Assembly (NCBI GenBank): GCA_963827235.1
Contig: CAWHAE010000012.1
Location: 1,376,001-1,440,000 of the forward strand
Direction: 5' to 3'
DNA: 64,000 nucleotides
Origin: an uncultured bacterium
GTDB taxonomy: Bacteria > Chloroflexota > UBA5177 > JANWHV01
The position numbers and the translations under genes are program-made. The notes beneath the pieces were generated by a model, which saw only the letters and a list, made by a program, of their open reading frames with translations, did no database searches and was not told the origin of the DNA. This document shows, in pieces, positions 29,333-40,600 of this stretch. The stretch's first letter is position 1, and every line of letters begins with the position of its first letter.

Positions 29333-31135
29333 TTACAGCAGGCTCTCCAGCTCGCTCACGGCGCGATCGAACTCGTCGAATGCCGCCTCGATCGGCGCCG
29401 CCGCCGTGACGTCGATACCTGCCGCCTTGAGCAGCTCAACCGGGTAATCCGAGGAGCCCGCGCTCAGCAGGTCGAGATAGCGCCGCGCGACCGGCTCGCC
29501 CTCACGGAGCGCCGCCTGCGCCAGGGCAGAGGAAGCTACGAAGCCCGTCGCGTACTGGTACACGTAAAAGCCCATATAGAAGTGGGGCACGAGAGACCAC
29601 TCCCAGGCGACGAGCTCGTCGACCACCACGCCTCCCGCACCGTAGTACTGCTCGACCAGCGAGCGGTAGATGTCCTGCAGCACGTCGACGGTCAGCGCAC
29701 CGCCGGATTCGACGACCTCGTGCGCCTTCAGCTCGAATTCGGCGAAGAGCGTCTGCCTGATCACGGTGCTGCGGAAGCTCTCGACGTACTGGTTGAGAAT
29801 GGAGGCGCGCTGGTCCCGGTCGCCGGTGCGCTGCAGCAGATAGTGCTGCAGCAGCGCTTCGTTGAACGTGGACGCGATCTCGGCCAGGAAGATGGGGTAC
29901 CGCGCGTAATGATAGGGCTGCGCCCGGTTCGACAGGTAGCTGTGGAGCGAGTGTCCCAGCTCGTGCGCCAGCGTGAACATGTCGTCGCGGCGTCCCTGGT
30001 AGTTCATCAGGATGAAGGGCTCCGTGCCGTAGGTGCCGGCGCTGTATGCCCCGGTCGCCTTTCCCTCGCTCTCCAACACGTCGACCCAGCGGGAGCCCAG
30101 GCCGCGCTCGACGATCGCGGTGTACTCGCGGCCCAGGGGCGCGAGCGCTTCCACGACCAGCCTGCAGGCTTCGTCGTAGGTGACCTTGAGATCGACGGCG
30201 GGCACGAGCGGCGCGTAGAGATCGAACATGTGCAGTGGCTCGCCCAAGGCCAGCACCCTGCTTCGCAGAGCGAGATAGCGGTGGAGGCTGGGCAGCTTGG
30301 CGCGCACCGTCTCGACGAGCGTGCGGTACACCTGTGTCGGGATGTGTGTTTCGGAGAGTGCCGCTTCGAGGCAGCTGCCATAGCGGCGCGTGCGGGCGAA
30401 GAAGTGATCCTTCTTTACCTGGTTGGCCAGCGTGGCGGCCAGTGTGTGCTGCACCTTCTTGAAGCCGCCCAGCATCCCTTCGAACGCCTCGCGACGCACG
30501 CGCCGGTCGTTGCTGCGCATGAAGCCGATGTAGGTGCCATCGGTGAGCTGCACCTCCTGCCCGCCTTCGTCCGCGACGAGCGGCAGCTGCCGGTCGAGCA
30601 CGTGCACGGCGTCGAAGACCTGCAGGGGACTGTGGCCCAGCTCGAGCACGCCGGCCAGCACCTGCTCCACCTCGGCGGAGCGCACGTGCGCCCGCTGCGC
30701 CGTGATCACGTCGATCTCGTGCCGGTAGGCCTCCAGACCGGGCTCCTCGGCGTAGTGACCCTGCAGCCGTGCCGGCTCGATGGCCAGGATCTCCGGTGCC
30801 ACGAAGGCGATCGCCGCTTCGAGCGAGGAGCCGAGCGCGATCGCCCTGTCCGCCATGGAGGCGTATATCGGGCGCGCCAGGTTCTCATCGTGGCGCCGCG
30901 CCGCGAACTCGTAGACGCGCTCGAATTGGTCGCACACATGGTCGCGAGCCTTCAGCGCGTCCAGGAGATCCCGGCCGGAGCGATCGAGCGTGCCCTGCAG
31001 TCGCTCGAGCCCGGGAAGCTGCCGTTCGACGGCGGCAAAGGCCTGCTCCCAGGTCTCGTCGTTGGGGAAAAGCGAGCTCAAGTCCCAGGTAAGCTCGACC
31101 GGGATGTCGCTGCGCCGTGCCACGGCTTCCACCAC
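29333..31135 (-). CDS. pepF: oligoendopeptidase F
   Basis: TWDLSSLF, LAHELGHSLH, AEIASTFNE, FYVYQYATG. Confidence 0.92.
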   Translation of the reverse strand: MVEAVARRSDIPVELTWDLSSLFPNDETWEQAFAAVERQLPGLERLQGTLDRSGRDLLDALKARDHVCDQFERVYEFAARRHDENLARPIYASMADRAIALGSSLEAAIAFVAPEILAIEPARLQGHYAEEPGLEAYRHEIDVITAQRAHVRSAEVEQVLAGVLELGHSPLQVFDAVHVLDRQLPLVADEGGQEVQLTDGTYIGFMRSNDRRVRREAFEGMLGGFKKVQHTLAATLANQVKKDHFFARTRRYGSCLEAALSETHIPTQVYRTLVETVRAKLPSLHRYLALRSRVLALGEPLHMFDLYAPLVPAVDLKVTYDEACRLVVEALAPLGREYTAIVERGLGSRWVDVLESEGKATGAYSAGTYGTEPFILMNYQGRRDDMFTLAHELGHSLHSYLSNRAQPYHYARYPIFLAEIASTFNEALLQHYLLQRTGDRDQRASILNQYVESFRSTVIRQTLFAEFELKAHEVVESGGALTVDVLQDIYRSLVEQYYGAGGVVVDELVAWEWSLVPHFYMGFYVYQYATGFVASSALAQAALREGEPVARRYLDLLSAGSSDYPVELLKAAGIDVTAAAPIEAAFDEFDRAVSELESLL

Positions 31136-31393
31136 AATACGCCTCCTCGCCGGCATTCTGCTGATCTGCAAGCGTCGACTCGCCTGCCGGATGCCGCTCG
31201 TGGTCGGGTAAGCGCGGCGGACGTCTGCCGATGAGCAGGCCGGCAACAGCCGGCCCCAGGTCGTTTCGACTACTCTGAGTCTAGCGCAACATGCCACAAT
31301 CCGGTCACCCGGTCACCAGGCCGTGTGGCATGGTCAATCCGCCGGTACACTGGATGCAGGAGTTCCAACAGCCTGTGGGAGCCGTTTGCGCAC

Positions 31394-32299
31394 ATGCCGG
31401 AGCCTGACCGGTTCGAACCCTTCGATCGCCTCAATGGCTGGGTCATGGCAGCCCGTCCTGCCACGCTTCCCGCTGCCGTGGTGCCAGTCCTGGTCGGCAC
31501 CACGATGTCCATCGCCGGCAGGCATCTCCATCCGCTCGTCTTCCTCGCTACGCTAGTGGGATCATTGCTGATCCAGATCGGCACGAACTTTGCCAACGAC
31601 TACTTCGACTTCCAGAAGGGAGCGGATACCGGCGAGCGGCTCGGACCGACCCGCGTCACGCAGAGCGGCATCTTCACGCCCTATCAGGTGATGATGGCCA
31701 CGCTCGTGGCCTTTGGTCTCGCCATGATCGACGGCCTCTACCTGGTTTCCGTGGGCGGTCTGCCGATCGTGCTGGTGGGCCTGTTCGCCATCGCCTGCGG
31801 GGTCGCCTACACCGGCGGCCCGTTCCCGCTGGGCTATCATGGGCTTGGCGACCTCTTCTGCTTCATCTTCTTCGGCCTGGTAGCGGTCGACGGTACGTAT
31901 TACCTGCAGACCGGATCCATGAGTGCCGCTGCCCTGATCGCCGCGGTACCCGTGGGACTGCTGTGCACGAATATTCTGGTAGTCAACAACCTGCGCGACA
32001 TCGACACCGATCGTGCTGCCGGGAAGCGCACGCTGGCCGTGCGTATCGGCCGTGCCGCCACCAGGCGGCAGTACACGCTCTTCCTGCTGATCGCCTACAC
32101 CCTGCCGCTGACCTTGCAGATGGGCGGCGCGAGCTCGATTTTCCTGTTCTGGCTCCCGTACCTGACCGCGCCGCGTGCCGTGCGCCTGGCCTGGTTCGTC
32201 GAGCACAACCAGGGGCGGGTGCTCAACATGGCCCTGCGCGATACCGCTCAGCTTCACCTGCAGTATGGCATCCTCTTTGCCGCCAGCTTACTCCACTGA
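31394..32299 (+). CDS. menA: DHNA prenyltransferase
   Basis: NFANDYFDFQKGAD, VNNLRDIDTDRAAGKRTLAV. Confidence 0.93.
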   Translation: MPEPDRFEPFDRLNGWVMAARPATLPAAVVPVLVGTTMSIAGRHLHPLVFLATLVGSLLIQIGTNFANDYFDFQKGADTGERLGPTRVTQSGIFTPYQVMMATLVAFGLAMIDGLYLVSVGGLPIVLVGLFAIACGVAYTGGPFPLGYHGLGDLFCFIFFGLVAVDGTYYLQTGSMSAAALIAAVPVGLLCTNILVVNNLRDIDTDRAAGKRTLAVRIGRAATRRQYTLFLLIAYTLPLTLQMGGASSIFLFWLPYLTAPRAVRLAWFVEHNQGRVLNMALRDTAQLHLQYGILFAASLLH

Positions 32300-32321
32300 C
32301 CTGCCGGGCCAGTGCCTCCAG

Positions 32322-33965
32322 ATGCATGCCGATCACCTCGCCATTCCTGATTGGCTGTCGCGGCGCGCAGCGGATACGCCGGGGCGGCCGGCGCTCATCG
32401 CCGGATCACTCCGCTGGACGTGGAGCGACCTGGAACGGCGCGCCGCCGCCCTGGCCGCGGACCTGGCGGCTACAGGCGTAGGGCGCGGCGACCGGGTGTG
32501 CGTTCTGATGGCTAACGGCGCGCACTACGTGGAAGCGGTGCACGCACTGATCCGGCTGCGGGCGGTGCTGGTACCGATCAACGTGCGGCTGGCACGCGAG
32601 GAGATGGCCTGGCAAGCGCGGCATTGCGGGGCACGCCTGCTGATCTACGATGCCGCGACGGCCGATCGGGCGGAGATGCTGACGCGCCTGCTGCCCGGCC
32701 TGCAAGGACACGCGCTCGTGGACCCTGTCGTCCGATCCGCGACCTCCGTGGCCGGCGCAACCCTTGCAGGTGCAGACTCTGACCTCATCGATCCCGGCGC
32801 TCGCTCCGTGACCTTGGCGGCCGTCGCGCCGGCGCCGGCCGCAGCGACACGTGAAGAGCTGGAGCGGATCGATCTCGCCACCGTACACGGCGTGATCTAT
32901 ACCTCGGGAACGTCCGGCCGGCCGAAGGGTGTGCTGATCACCTACGGCAATCACTGGTGGAATGCCGTGGGCTCCGCGCTCAACCTGGGACTGCGCGACG
33001 ACGACCGCTGGCTGGCCTGCCTGCCCTTCTTCCACGTCGGCGGCCTGTCCGTCATCATGCGCGGCGTCATCTACGGCATACCCGTCGTCCTGCAGGATGC
33101 GCCTGCCGGGGCGAGCACGCCGGCAGGCTCCTTTGATCCCATGGCGGTGAACCGCGCCATCGAGGAGCGCGGCGCCACGATCGTCTCGGTGGTGGGCACG
33201 ATGCTGTCGCGCATGCTGTCGGCAATGAAAGATCGGGACTATCCGCGGTCACTTCGCTGCGTCCTGCTGGGGGGCGGACCGGCGCCGCGTCCTCTGCTCG
33301 AGGAATGCGCGCGCCGCGGCATACCGGTGATGCAGACGTACGGCCTCACCGAGACCGCTTCGCAGCTCGCCACGCTGGCGCCACCGGAGGCACTGCGCAA
33401 GCTGGGCTCCGCCGGGCGGCCATTGCTGCCCAACGAGCTGAGCATACAGCCCCTGGCAGGCGACGGAGAGGCACACGATCAGAGTCCCGCTGCGACGCCA
33501 GTGGGCGAGATCCTCGTGCGCGGGCCAAGCGTCACCGTCGGGTATCTGCCCGACGACGGCGACCTCGAGATGCCCGTGCCGGCGACGGATGCCGAGGGCT
33601 GGCTGCACACCGGCGACGCCGGCTACCTGGACGACGACGGCTACCTGTACGTGCTCGACCGGCGCGTCGACCTGATCGTCAGCGGCGGCGAAAACGTCTA
33701 TCCGGCGGAAGTGGAGGCGGTGCTGCACACGTACCCGGCTATCGCCGAGGCAGCCGTCTACGGCGTCGCGGACGACGAGTGGGGGCAGCGCGTGGCGGCG
33801 GCGATCGTCGCCCGGCCGGGTGCCCGGATCGGCGTAGAGGACGTGGTCGCTTTCTGCCGCGAACGCCTCGCGGCCTACAAAGTGCCGTCGCAGATCCGCC
33901 TGCTGGACGCGCTGCCGCGGAACGCCGCCGGGAAGCTGCTCAGACGCAATCTGCGAGGGGACTAG
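32322..33965 (+). CDS. menE: o-succinylbenzoate-CoA ligase
   Basis: YTSGTSGRPKG, FHVGG, YGLTETASQ, SGGENVYPAEVE. Confidence 0.9.
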   Translation: MHADHLAIPDWLSRRAADTPGRPALIAGSLRWTWSDLERRAAALAADLAATGVGRGDRVCVLMANGAHYVEAVHALIRLRAVLVPINVRLAREEMAWQARHCGARLLIYDAATADRAEMLTRLLPGLQGHALVDPVVRSATSVAGATLAGADSDLIDPGARSVTLAAVAPAPAAATREELERIDLATVHGVIYTSGTSGRPKGVLITYGNHWWNAVGSALNLGLRDDDRWLACLPFFHVGGLSVIMRGVIYGIPVVLQDAPAGASTPAGSFDPMAVNRAIEERGATIVSVVGTMLSRMLSAMKDRDYPRSLRCVLLGGGPAPRPLLEECARRGIPVMQTYGLTETASQLATLAPPEALRKLGSAGRPLLPNELSIQPLAGDGEAHDQSPAATPVGEILVRGPSVTVGYLPDDGDLEMPVPATDAEGWLHTGDAGYLDDDGYLYVLDRRVDLIVSGGENVYPAEVEAVLHTYPAIAEAAVYGVADDEWGQRVAAAIVARPGARIGVEDVVAFCRERLAAYKVPSQIRLLDALPRNAAGKLLRRNLRGD

Positions 33966-34205
33966 CCCTCCGATCACGCTCTCTCATCCTCAATAAGCGG
34001 ACATACCATGGTCGATAAGCGCGTCGGCCGGAAGCCCGAAACGGGCGGAGGAGCTCCGGTTGCGCGTGCGCCAGCAGCTCAACGTAATGAGCCCGCACGA
34101 ATTCCCCATCACCGAGTTCAGCTATGTAGATAGCGAGACGGGAAGCCGCGAAGTGGTACGAATCGAGTGAGGTGCATTTCGCACTGAGGTCGACAACGAG
34201 TGGAG

Positions 34206-34512
34206 CAATGACCTCTGGTTCGCGGATGCCGGCACCGCCAGCCTGGGTCGCGTCGCTCCGGACGGCACCGTGACGGAGTACCATCTCCCGGCGCTGAAGA
34301 GCGGGGGCATCAGCGGGCCGGAAGCGATCGTCACCGGGACGAGCGGCACGATCTGGTATATCGCCGCCGGGACGAGGCCAAGCGATACGAGCAAGATCCA
34401 GGCTCCGGCCAACGATACGCTGGTCGAGGTCGGCCTTCCCACGACGTTCCCCGCCATATCCAGCACCGCTACACCGGCGCCGCAGTCCACGCCGGGCTCT
34501 TCCACGATCTAG
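34206..34512 (+). pseudogene. Vgb-lyase-like beta-propeller fragment
   Basis: LWFADAGTASLGRVAPDGTVTEYHLP...GPEAIVTG...IWY, with no 5' part. Confidence 0.45.
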
Positions 34513-34534
34513 GGCGTCCACTCAAAGTAAAGGA

Positions 34535-34601
34535 GCGAGGCATCTCCGCCGAGGCAGACTGGAAGCGTTCGAAGCCCGGTGTGCCCGCGGAGATGCCTCG
34601 C
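34535..34601 (-). terminator. long stem-loop downstream of narI
   Basis: GCGAGGCATCTCCGC/GCGGAGATGCCTCGC inverted repeat, followed by T-rich sequence on the minus strand. Confidence 0.6.
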
Positions 34602-34627
34602 ATTGCCAAAGCGAGCTGCCGGGGCAG

Positions 34628-35359
34628 TCAGATCGACGTGCTATCCCGGGCACTGCCCACGCGTGCCCGGCCACGGCTGCCGCCGCGGGCACGATAGAGA
34701 ATGAATGTCCGGCCGACGTAGGTCACGGGTATGCTCCAGGCGTGCACCAGGCGGCTGAACGGCCAGATCGCGACCAGGGCCCAGGCGAGCAGCGCGTGCA
34801 GCTTGTACACCAGGGGAGCGGAAGCCATCAAGCCGGCATGCGGATCGAAGGTGAACAGGCCGCGGAACCACAGCGCCACGGTGGCGCGATAGTCGTAGCC
34901 TCCGCCCACGAGATTGACTCCTACCGTCTCGCCCATGCCCAGGCCGATCATGCCCGCCAGCAGAATGTACGTCGCCACGTCCGTGCGCGTGGTGGTGGCC
35001 GCCACGCGCGCGTTGGTGATACGCCGGTAGATCAAGATGGCCAGACCGGCCACGCATGCCGTCCCGGCCGCGGTGCCGGCACCGGCGGAGACCGCGTGAT
35101 AGAGATCCTCGGAGACGCCGGCTCGCGCGGTGAGGCTTTCCGGCACCAGCAATCCCAGCACGTGACCGCCGATGGCCGCCAGGGCGCCGAAATGGAACAG
35201 GTTGCTGCCCCAGAAGAGCTGGCGGCGCTCCAGCAGCTGGGTCGAGCGCGTCGTCCAGGTAAACTGGTCGCGCCGATAGCGCCAGACGTGACCAACCACG
35301 AAGACGGCGATGCTCGCATAGGGCAGGAACACCCAGAGAAAGAGATCGCCGGCGCTCAT
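34628..35359 (-). CDS. narI: respiratory nitrate reductase gamma subunit
   Basis: WTTRSTQLLE, LFHFG, WPFSRLVHAWS. Confidence 0.93.
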   Translation of the reverse strand: MSAGDLFLWVFLPYASIAVFVVGHVWRYRRDQFTWTTRSTQLLERRQLFWGSNLFHFGALAAIGGHVLGLLVPESLTARAGVSEDLYHAVSAGAGTAAGTACVAGLAILIYRRITNARVAATTTRTDVATYILLAGMIGLGMGETVGVNLVGGGYDYRATVALWFRGLFTFDPHAGLMASAPLVYKLHALLAWALVAIWPFSRLVHAWSIPVTYVGRTFILYRARGGSRGRARVGSARDSTSI

Positions 35360-35994
35360 GCTCGTCGCCCGCCCGTGATCGGCATCACCTCCGGCGGCGC
35401 GAACGGCTCGAGCCCCACGTCCTCGGTGGGCGGGCCATCGGCCAACCTCGCCGCCACCGCCGCGCGATCCTCGCCGGTGAGCGGCGGCGCGATGGCGCAC
35501 AGCGCCTCCAGCAGGCGGCAGTACGGAGAATCCGGCCTCAGTCCAAGGCGCAGCAGCTCGATGGCCGCCCGCTGCTCGCGCAGCAGGCGCTCGCCGTAGC
35601 CCACGGGAGCCAGGGCGCAGAACTCGAGGAGCACCGGCAGGTAATCGGGCATCTCCCCCTCGCGCAGGGGAAGGCCGGCCGCGGCGTAGGCGCGCTTGAG
35701 GCGCAACAACGCCGGCCCGCGCTGCCGCAGATCGCCGTACCGGTAGTAGGTCAGGTGCAGGCTGACGCGCTTCTGGAAGTCGAAGGCGCGCACGTACTCC
35801 TGCTGCAGCGCCACGAGCCCGTGGGACTGCCAGTATTCGGCGAGCGAGGCGACGGCCGCGGCATACGGCGAGGGCGGCAGCTCGCCCAGCAGCGCGGCGA
35901 TGTCCTGCTCGAGCCGCGCCAGGCCGTCATCCGGATACTGCAACAGCACTGACAGCAGCTTGAGCTGCGTGGAGAGCGGCGACGTGGCGCTCAT
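35356..35994 (-). CDS. narJ: nitrate reductase chaperone
   Basis: LLQYPD, YVRAFDF, EMPDYLPVLLEF. Confidence 0.92.
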   Translation of the reverse strand: MSATSPLSTQLKLLSVLLQYPDDGLARLEQDIAALLGELPPSPYAAAVASLAEYWQSHGLVALQQEYVRAFDFQKRVSLHLTYYRYGDLRQRGPALLRLKRAYAAAGLPLREGEMPDYLPVLLEFCALAPVGYGERLLREQRAAIELLRLGLRPDSPYCRLLEALCAIAPPLTGEDRAAVAARLADGPPTEDVGLEPFAPPEVMPITGGRRA

Positions 35995-37601
35995 GGTGTC
36001 GCGTCTTCCTTGAACATGGGCAGCGGCGAGAACGGCACGCGACCGGGTGTTAGCGGGTTGGCCGCCGACCGGGCAGCGTGGCCGTCGTGCGTCGCCGTGG
36101 CACGCGGATGGAATGCCCCGGGGTCCGGCTGCACGGCGCGGTCGCCGGGACCGCCGGCGAAGGTCAGGCCGCACGATCCCTGTAGCCCGGCGAGCTCGCG
36201 CGCCAGCTCGGCATGCGCCAGGGGAATCACGAAGCGCTCGTCGTAGCGCGCGAGGGCCAGCAGCCGGTACATCTCCTGCATGGCCTCCGGACTCATGCCA
36301 ACCTCGGCGGCGATCGATGCATCGGCCGACCCGCCCATCTGCAGCTCACGCATGTAGCGGCGCATCGCCGCCAGGCGCTTGAGCACGCGGCGGATCACGC
36401 TCGCATCGCCGGCCGACAGCAGATTGGCCAGGAACTGGACGGGAATGCGCAGACTGTCGATCGCGGGAAACACGTCGTCGGCACCGGCTGCCGAGCCTAG
36501 CCCTTCGACCAGGCTCATCACCGGCGAGAGCGGCGGCACGTACCAGACCATCGGCAGCGTGCGGTACTCCGGATGCAGGGGCAACGCAATCCCGTGCTTG
36601 CAGGCCAGGGCGTAGACCGGCGATCGCCTCGCCGCGGCAACCCAGTCCTCCGGGATGCCCGCGGCCCGCGCCCCGGCCTGCACGCGCGGATCATCGGGGT
36701 CGAGGAAGACATCGAGCTGGGCCTGCAGCAGTGCGCGCTCGTCATGCGCCGAGGCGGCAGCCTTCACGGCATCGGCATCGTAGAGCACGACGCCTAGATA
36801 GCGGATGCGGCCGACGCAGGTTTCGGAGCAGATGGTAGGTTGCCCGGCCTCGATGCGTGGGTAGCACAGCGTGCACTTTTCGGCCTTGCCGGTCTGCCAG
36901 TTGAAGTAGACCTTCTTGTACGGGCAGCTCGACACGCACATGCGCCAGCCGCGGCACTGCTGTTGATCGACGAGCACGATGCCGTCCTCTTCCCGCTTGT
37001 ACATGGCGCCGGATGGGCAGGCGGCCACGCAGGCCGGATTGAGGCAGTGCTCGCAGATACGCGGCAGGTACATCATAAACACCTGCTCGTACTCCATGCG
37101 CACGGCATCTTCCTGCTCGGTGGAGAAGTTGGGGTCCAGCCGTCCGGTGCGCGGAGCGCCGGCCAGGTCGTCCTCCCAATTCGGTCCCCAGGAGATGTCC
37201 ATCGGCCTCCCGGTCACCTGCGAGATCGGCCGTGCCACGGGCTGGTGCTCGGCCGGACCAGAGATGGTCAGGTGCGCGTAGTCGTAGGTCCAGGGCTCGT
37301 AGTAGTCGTCCATCTCCGGCAGGTCCGGATTGTGGAAAATGGTCAGCAGCTTCTTCAGCCTGCTGCCCGAGCGCAGCTCGAGATCGCTTCTGCGGTTCAG
37401 CTTCCAGCCGCCGTGCCAGCGATCCTGATCTTCCCACCGCTTCGGATAGCCGATGCCCGGCTTGGTCTCCACGTCGTTGAACCACATGTACTCGGCGCCG
37501 CGGCGATTGGTCCACACGTTCTTGCAGGTGACGGAGCAGGTGTGGCAGCCGATGCACTTGTCCAGGTTCATGACCATGCCGATCTGCGCCTTGACCTGCA
37601 T
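35991..37601 (-). CDS. narH: nitrate reductase beta subunit
   Basis: MVMNLDKCIGCHTCSVTCKN, PRICEHCLNPACVAACP. Confidence 0.96.
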   Translation of the reverse strand: MQVKAQIGMVMNLDKCIGCHTCSVTCKNVWTNRRGAEYMWFNDVETKPGIGYPKRWEDQDRWHGGWKLNRRSDLELRSGSRLKKLLTIFHNPDLPEMDDYYEPWTYDYAHLTISGPAEHQPVARPISQVTGRPMDISWGPNWEDDLAGAPRTGRLDPNFSTEQEDAVRMEYEQVFMMYLPRICEHCLNPACVAACPSGAMYKREEDGIVLVDQQQCRGWRMCVSSCPYKKVYFNWQTGKAEKCTLCYPRIEAGQPTICSETCVGRIRYLGVVLYDADAVKAAASAHDERALLQAQLDVFLDPDDPRVQAGARAAGIPEDWVAAARRSPVYALACKHGIALPLHPEYRTLPMVWYVPPLSPVMSLVEGLGSAAGADDVFPAIDSLRIPVQFLANLLSAGDASVIRRVLKRLAAMRRYMRELQMGGSADASIAAEVGMSPEAMQEMYRLLALARYDERFVIPLAHAELARELAGLQGSCGLTFAGGPGDRAVQPDPGAFHPRATATHDGHAARSAANPLTPGRVPFSPLPMFKEDATP

Positions 37602-40600
37602 CAGTACACCACTTCCTGCTGCCGCTTGCGGATCACCGTGAGCTCGTCGCGCTGCGTGCCGGTCGGCCCGTAGTAGTTGAAGCCGTAGGAAAGCTGCGCG
37701 TAGCCACCTATCATGTGCGTCGGCTTGACGTAGATCTTGGTCAGCGAGTTGTCGGTTCCGCCCCTGGTACCGGAGAGCTCCGTGCGCGGCACGTTCACGT
37801 GCCTGTCCTGCGCGTGATACATGATCGCCGTGCCTGCCGGCACGCGGTGCGAGACCACGGCGCGGCAGGCGACCACGCCGTTCTTGTTGAAGGCTTCGAT
37901 CCAGTCGTTGTCCTCGACGCCGGTCCGCCGCGCGTCCTCCACGCTCATCCAGATCACGGGACCACCCCGGAACAGGGTGAGCATGTGCAGGTTGTCCTGG
38001 TACTCGGAGTGAATCGACCACTTCGAGTGAGGCGTCAGGTAGCGCACCGTGACCTCGGCTCGTCCGGCCTCTCCCGTACCCAGGGGACCAAGGTGGCGTG
38101 GCAGATTGAGCGGCGGCCTGTAGACCGGCAGCCCCTCGCCGTACTCCATGATCCATTGGTGGTCGACGTAGAACTGCTGGCGGCCGGTCAGCGTCCGCCA
38201 GGGTACCGAGCGCTCTACGTTGACCGTGAACGGCGAATAGCGCCGATCGCCGCGCTCGATCCCCGACCATTCGGCAGAGGTAATGGCTTTGCGCGGCTGT
38301 ACCTGCAGGTCGGCGAAGGTCAGCTGCTCGTGTCCCCGGTCGGAGGCCAGATCCACCAGAGCGGTACCCGTGCGCTGCTCCAGTGCGGCGAAGCCGGCCA
38401 CGGCCAGCCGCCCGTTACTGGTGCCCGAGAGGGCCAGGATCGCCTCGCAAACGTGCTCGGCGCGCTCCAGGGCGGGCCGCCCGGTGCCGGCGCCGCTTGG
38501 CACGATACCGTTGCGCAGGCGCAGATAGTCGATTTCCCGGTCAGGCTTCCACGATATCCCTTTCGTGCCCGTTCCCAGTGTCTCCACCAGCGGGCCGAGG
38601 GCGTGCATCTTCTCCGCCACGGCGCCATAGTCGCGCTCGACCTGGATCAGCTTCGGCATGGTCCGGCCGGGGACCGGAGCACACTCGCCTCTCCGCCAAT
38701 CAAGCACCCGGCCGAGCGGCTGCGCCAGCTCATCCGGCGAATCGTGGAGCAGCGGCGCCGCGATCAGGTCTGCGCGGACGCCAAGCTCCTCGCGAGCCAG
38801 GTCCGAGAACGCACGGGCAATAGCGGCGAAGATATCCCAGTCGGTACGCGTCTCCCAGGGCGGCGAGATAGCCGGATTGAAGGAGTGCAGGAAGGGATGC
38901 ATGTCGGTCGACGAGATATCGTATTTCTCGTACCAGGTGGCGGCAGGCAGCACGACGTCGGAGTAGAGGCAGGAGCCCGTCATGCGGAAGTCCAGGGTGG
39001 TGAGCAGATCGAGCTTGCCTTGGGGCGCCTGCTCGTGCCAGACCACGTCGCGCGGGCGGCCCTCCGGCGGCTGCTCGCCGGCCCGTACCGCCGCGTTCTC
39101 TACCCCCAAGAGGTGTTTGAGGAAGTACTCGTGGCCCTTGCTCGACGAGCCGAGCAGGTTGCCGCGCCACAACGTGAGCACTCGCGGGAAGTTCTCGGGA
39201 GCATCTGGATCCTCGGCCGCGAAGCGCAGGCGGCCTGCCTGCAGCTCCTGCACGATGTAGTCGGCGGCGGGAAGCCCGGCCTGTACCGCCTCGTCCGCCA
39301 GATCCAGCGGATTGCGGTTGAAGCTCGGGAACGAGGGCAGCCATCCCAGCCGCGCCGCCTGCGCGTTGCAATCGGCGAAATGCATGCCCTCGAACGTTCC
39401 CCGGCCGAGCGGCGACGCGAGGTCGGCCGGGCCGAGCTGCTCGTAGCGCCACTGATCGGTAGCCAGGTACCAGAACGGCGTGGTGGCCTGGTGGCGCGTC
39501 GGCCGCACCCAGTCCGCGGCGAAGGCTACCTGCGACCATCCCGTCACCGGCCGAACCTTCTCCTGCCCGACGTAGTGAGCCCAGCCGCCTCCGTTCACGC
39601 CCTGGCAACCGCACAGCACGACCAGGGCCAGCATGGCGCGATAGATCTGATCCGAGTGGTACCAGTGGTTGGTGCCGGCGCCCATCACGATCATCGAGCG
39701 GCCGTTCGTGCGCTCCGCGTTGCGCGCGAACTCCCTGGCAATGCGCGTTACCAGAGCGGCGTCAACGCCCGTGATCTCCTGTTGCCAGGTAGGAGTGTAC
39801 GGCGACGGATCGTCGTAACTCGACGGCCAGTCGCCAGGCAGATCCGGCCGTCCGACGCCGTACTGGGCCAGAAGCAGGTCATACACCGTAGTGACCAGCT
39901 GCGAGCCGATCTGCTTGACCGGGACGCCGCGCCGGTGGATGCCACCACCCTCGCTCTCGCCGCGGTCGAAGCGCGGCAGGTCGATCGGCACCAGCGCGTC
40001 GTGCCTGCCATACAGGGTCAGGGCCGGGTCCGCCTCGCCGGGATCCAGGTTCCAGCGCCCGGCCCCTTGCTCGCCCCAACGAAAGCCGATCGAGCCGTTC
40101 GGCACCACCGGCCGCTCGCCGGCCACATCGTAGACGACGGTCTTCCACTCGGCATGCTCGGCAGCATCGCCCAGATCCGAGGTGCGCAGAAAGCGGTCGG
40201 GCACGAAGGCATCGCCTCGCGCGCGCATTGTCACCAGGCAGGGCAGGTCGGTGAATCTCCTCACGTAGTCGTGGAAGTATGGCGTCTGGCGGTCGACGAA
40301 GAACTCCTTGAGGATCACGTGTCCCATGGCCATGGCCAGGGCGCCGTCGGTACCGGGCTGAGCCGGAAGCCAGTGGTCGGCGAACTTCACGTGTGCCGAG
40401 TAGTCCGGCGAGACGACCACCACCTTCTGGCCCTTGTAGCGGGCCTCGGTCATGAAATGGGCGTCGGGCGTGCGAGTGATCGGTACGTTCGAGCCCCACA
40501 GCATCAAGTACGTGCAGTTCCACCAGTCCGCGGACTCCGGCACGTCCGTCTGGTCGCCCCACATCTGCGGCGAGGCCGGCGGCAGATCGGCGTACCAATC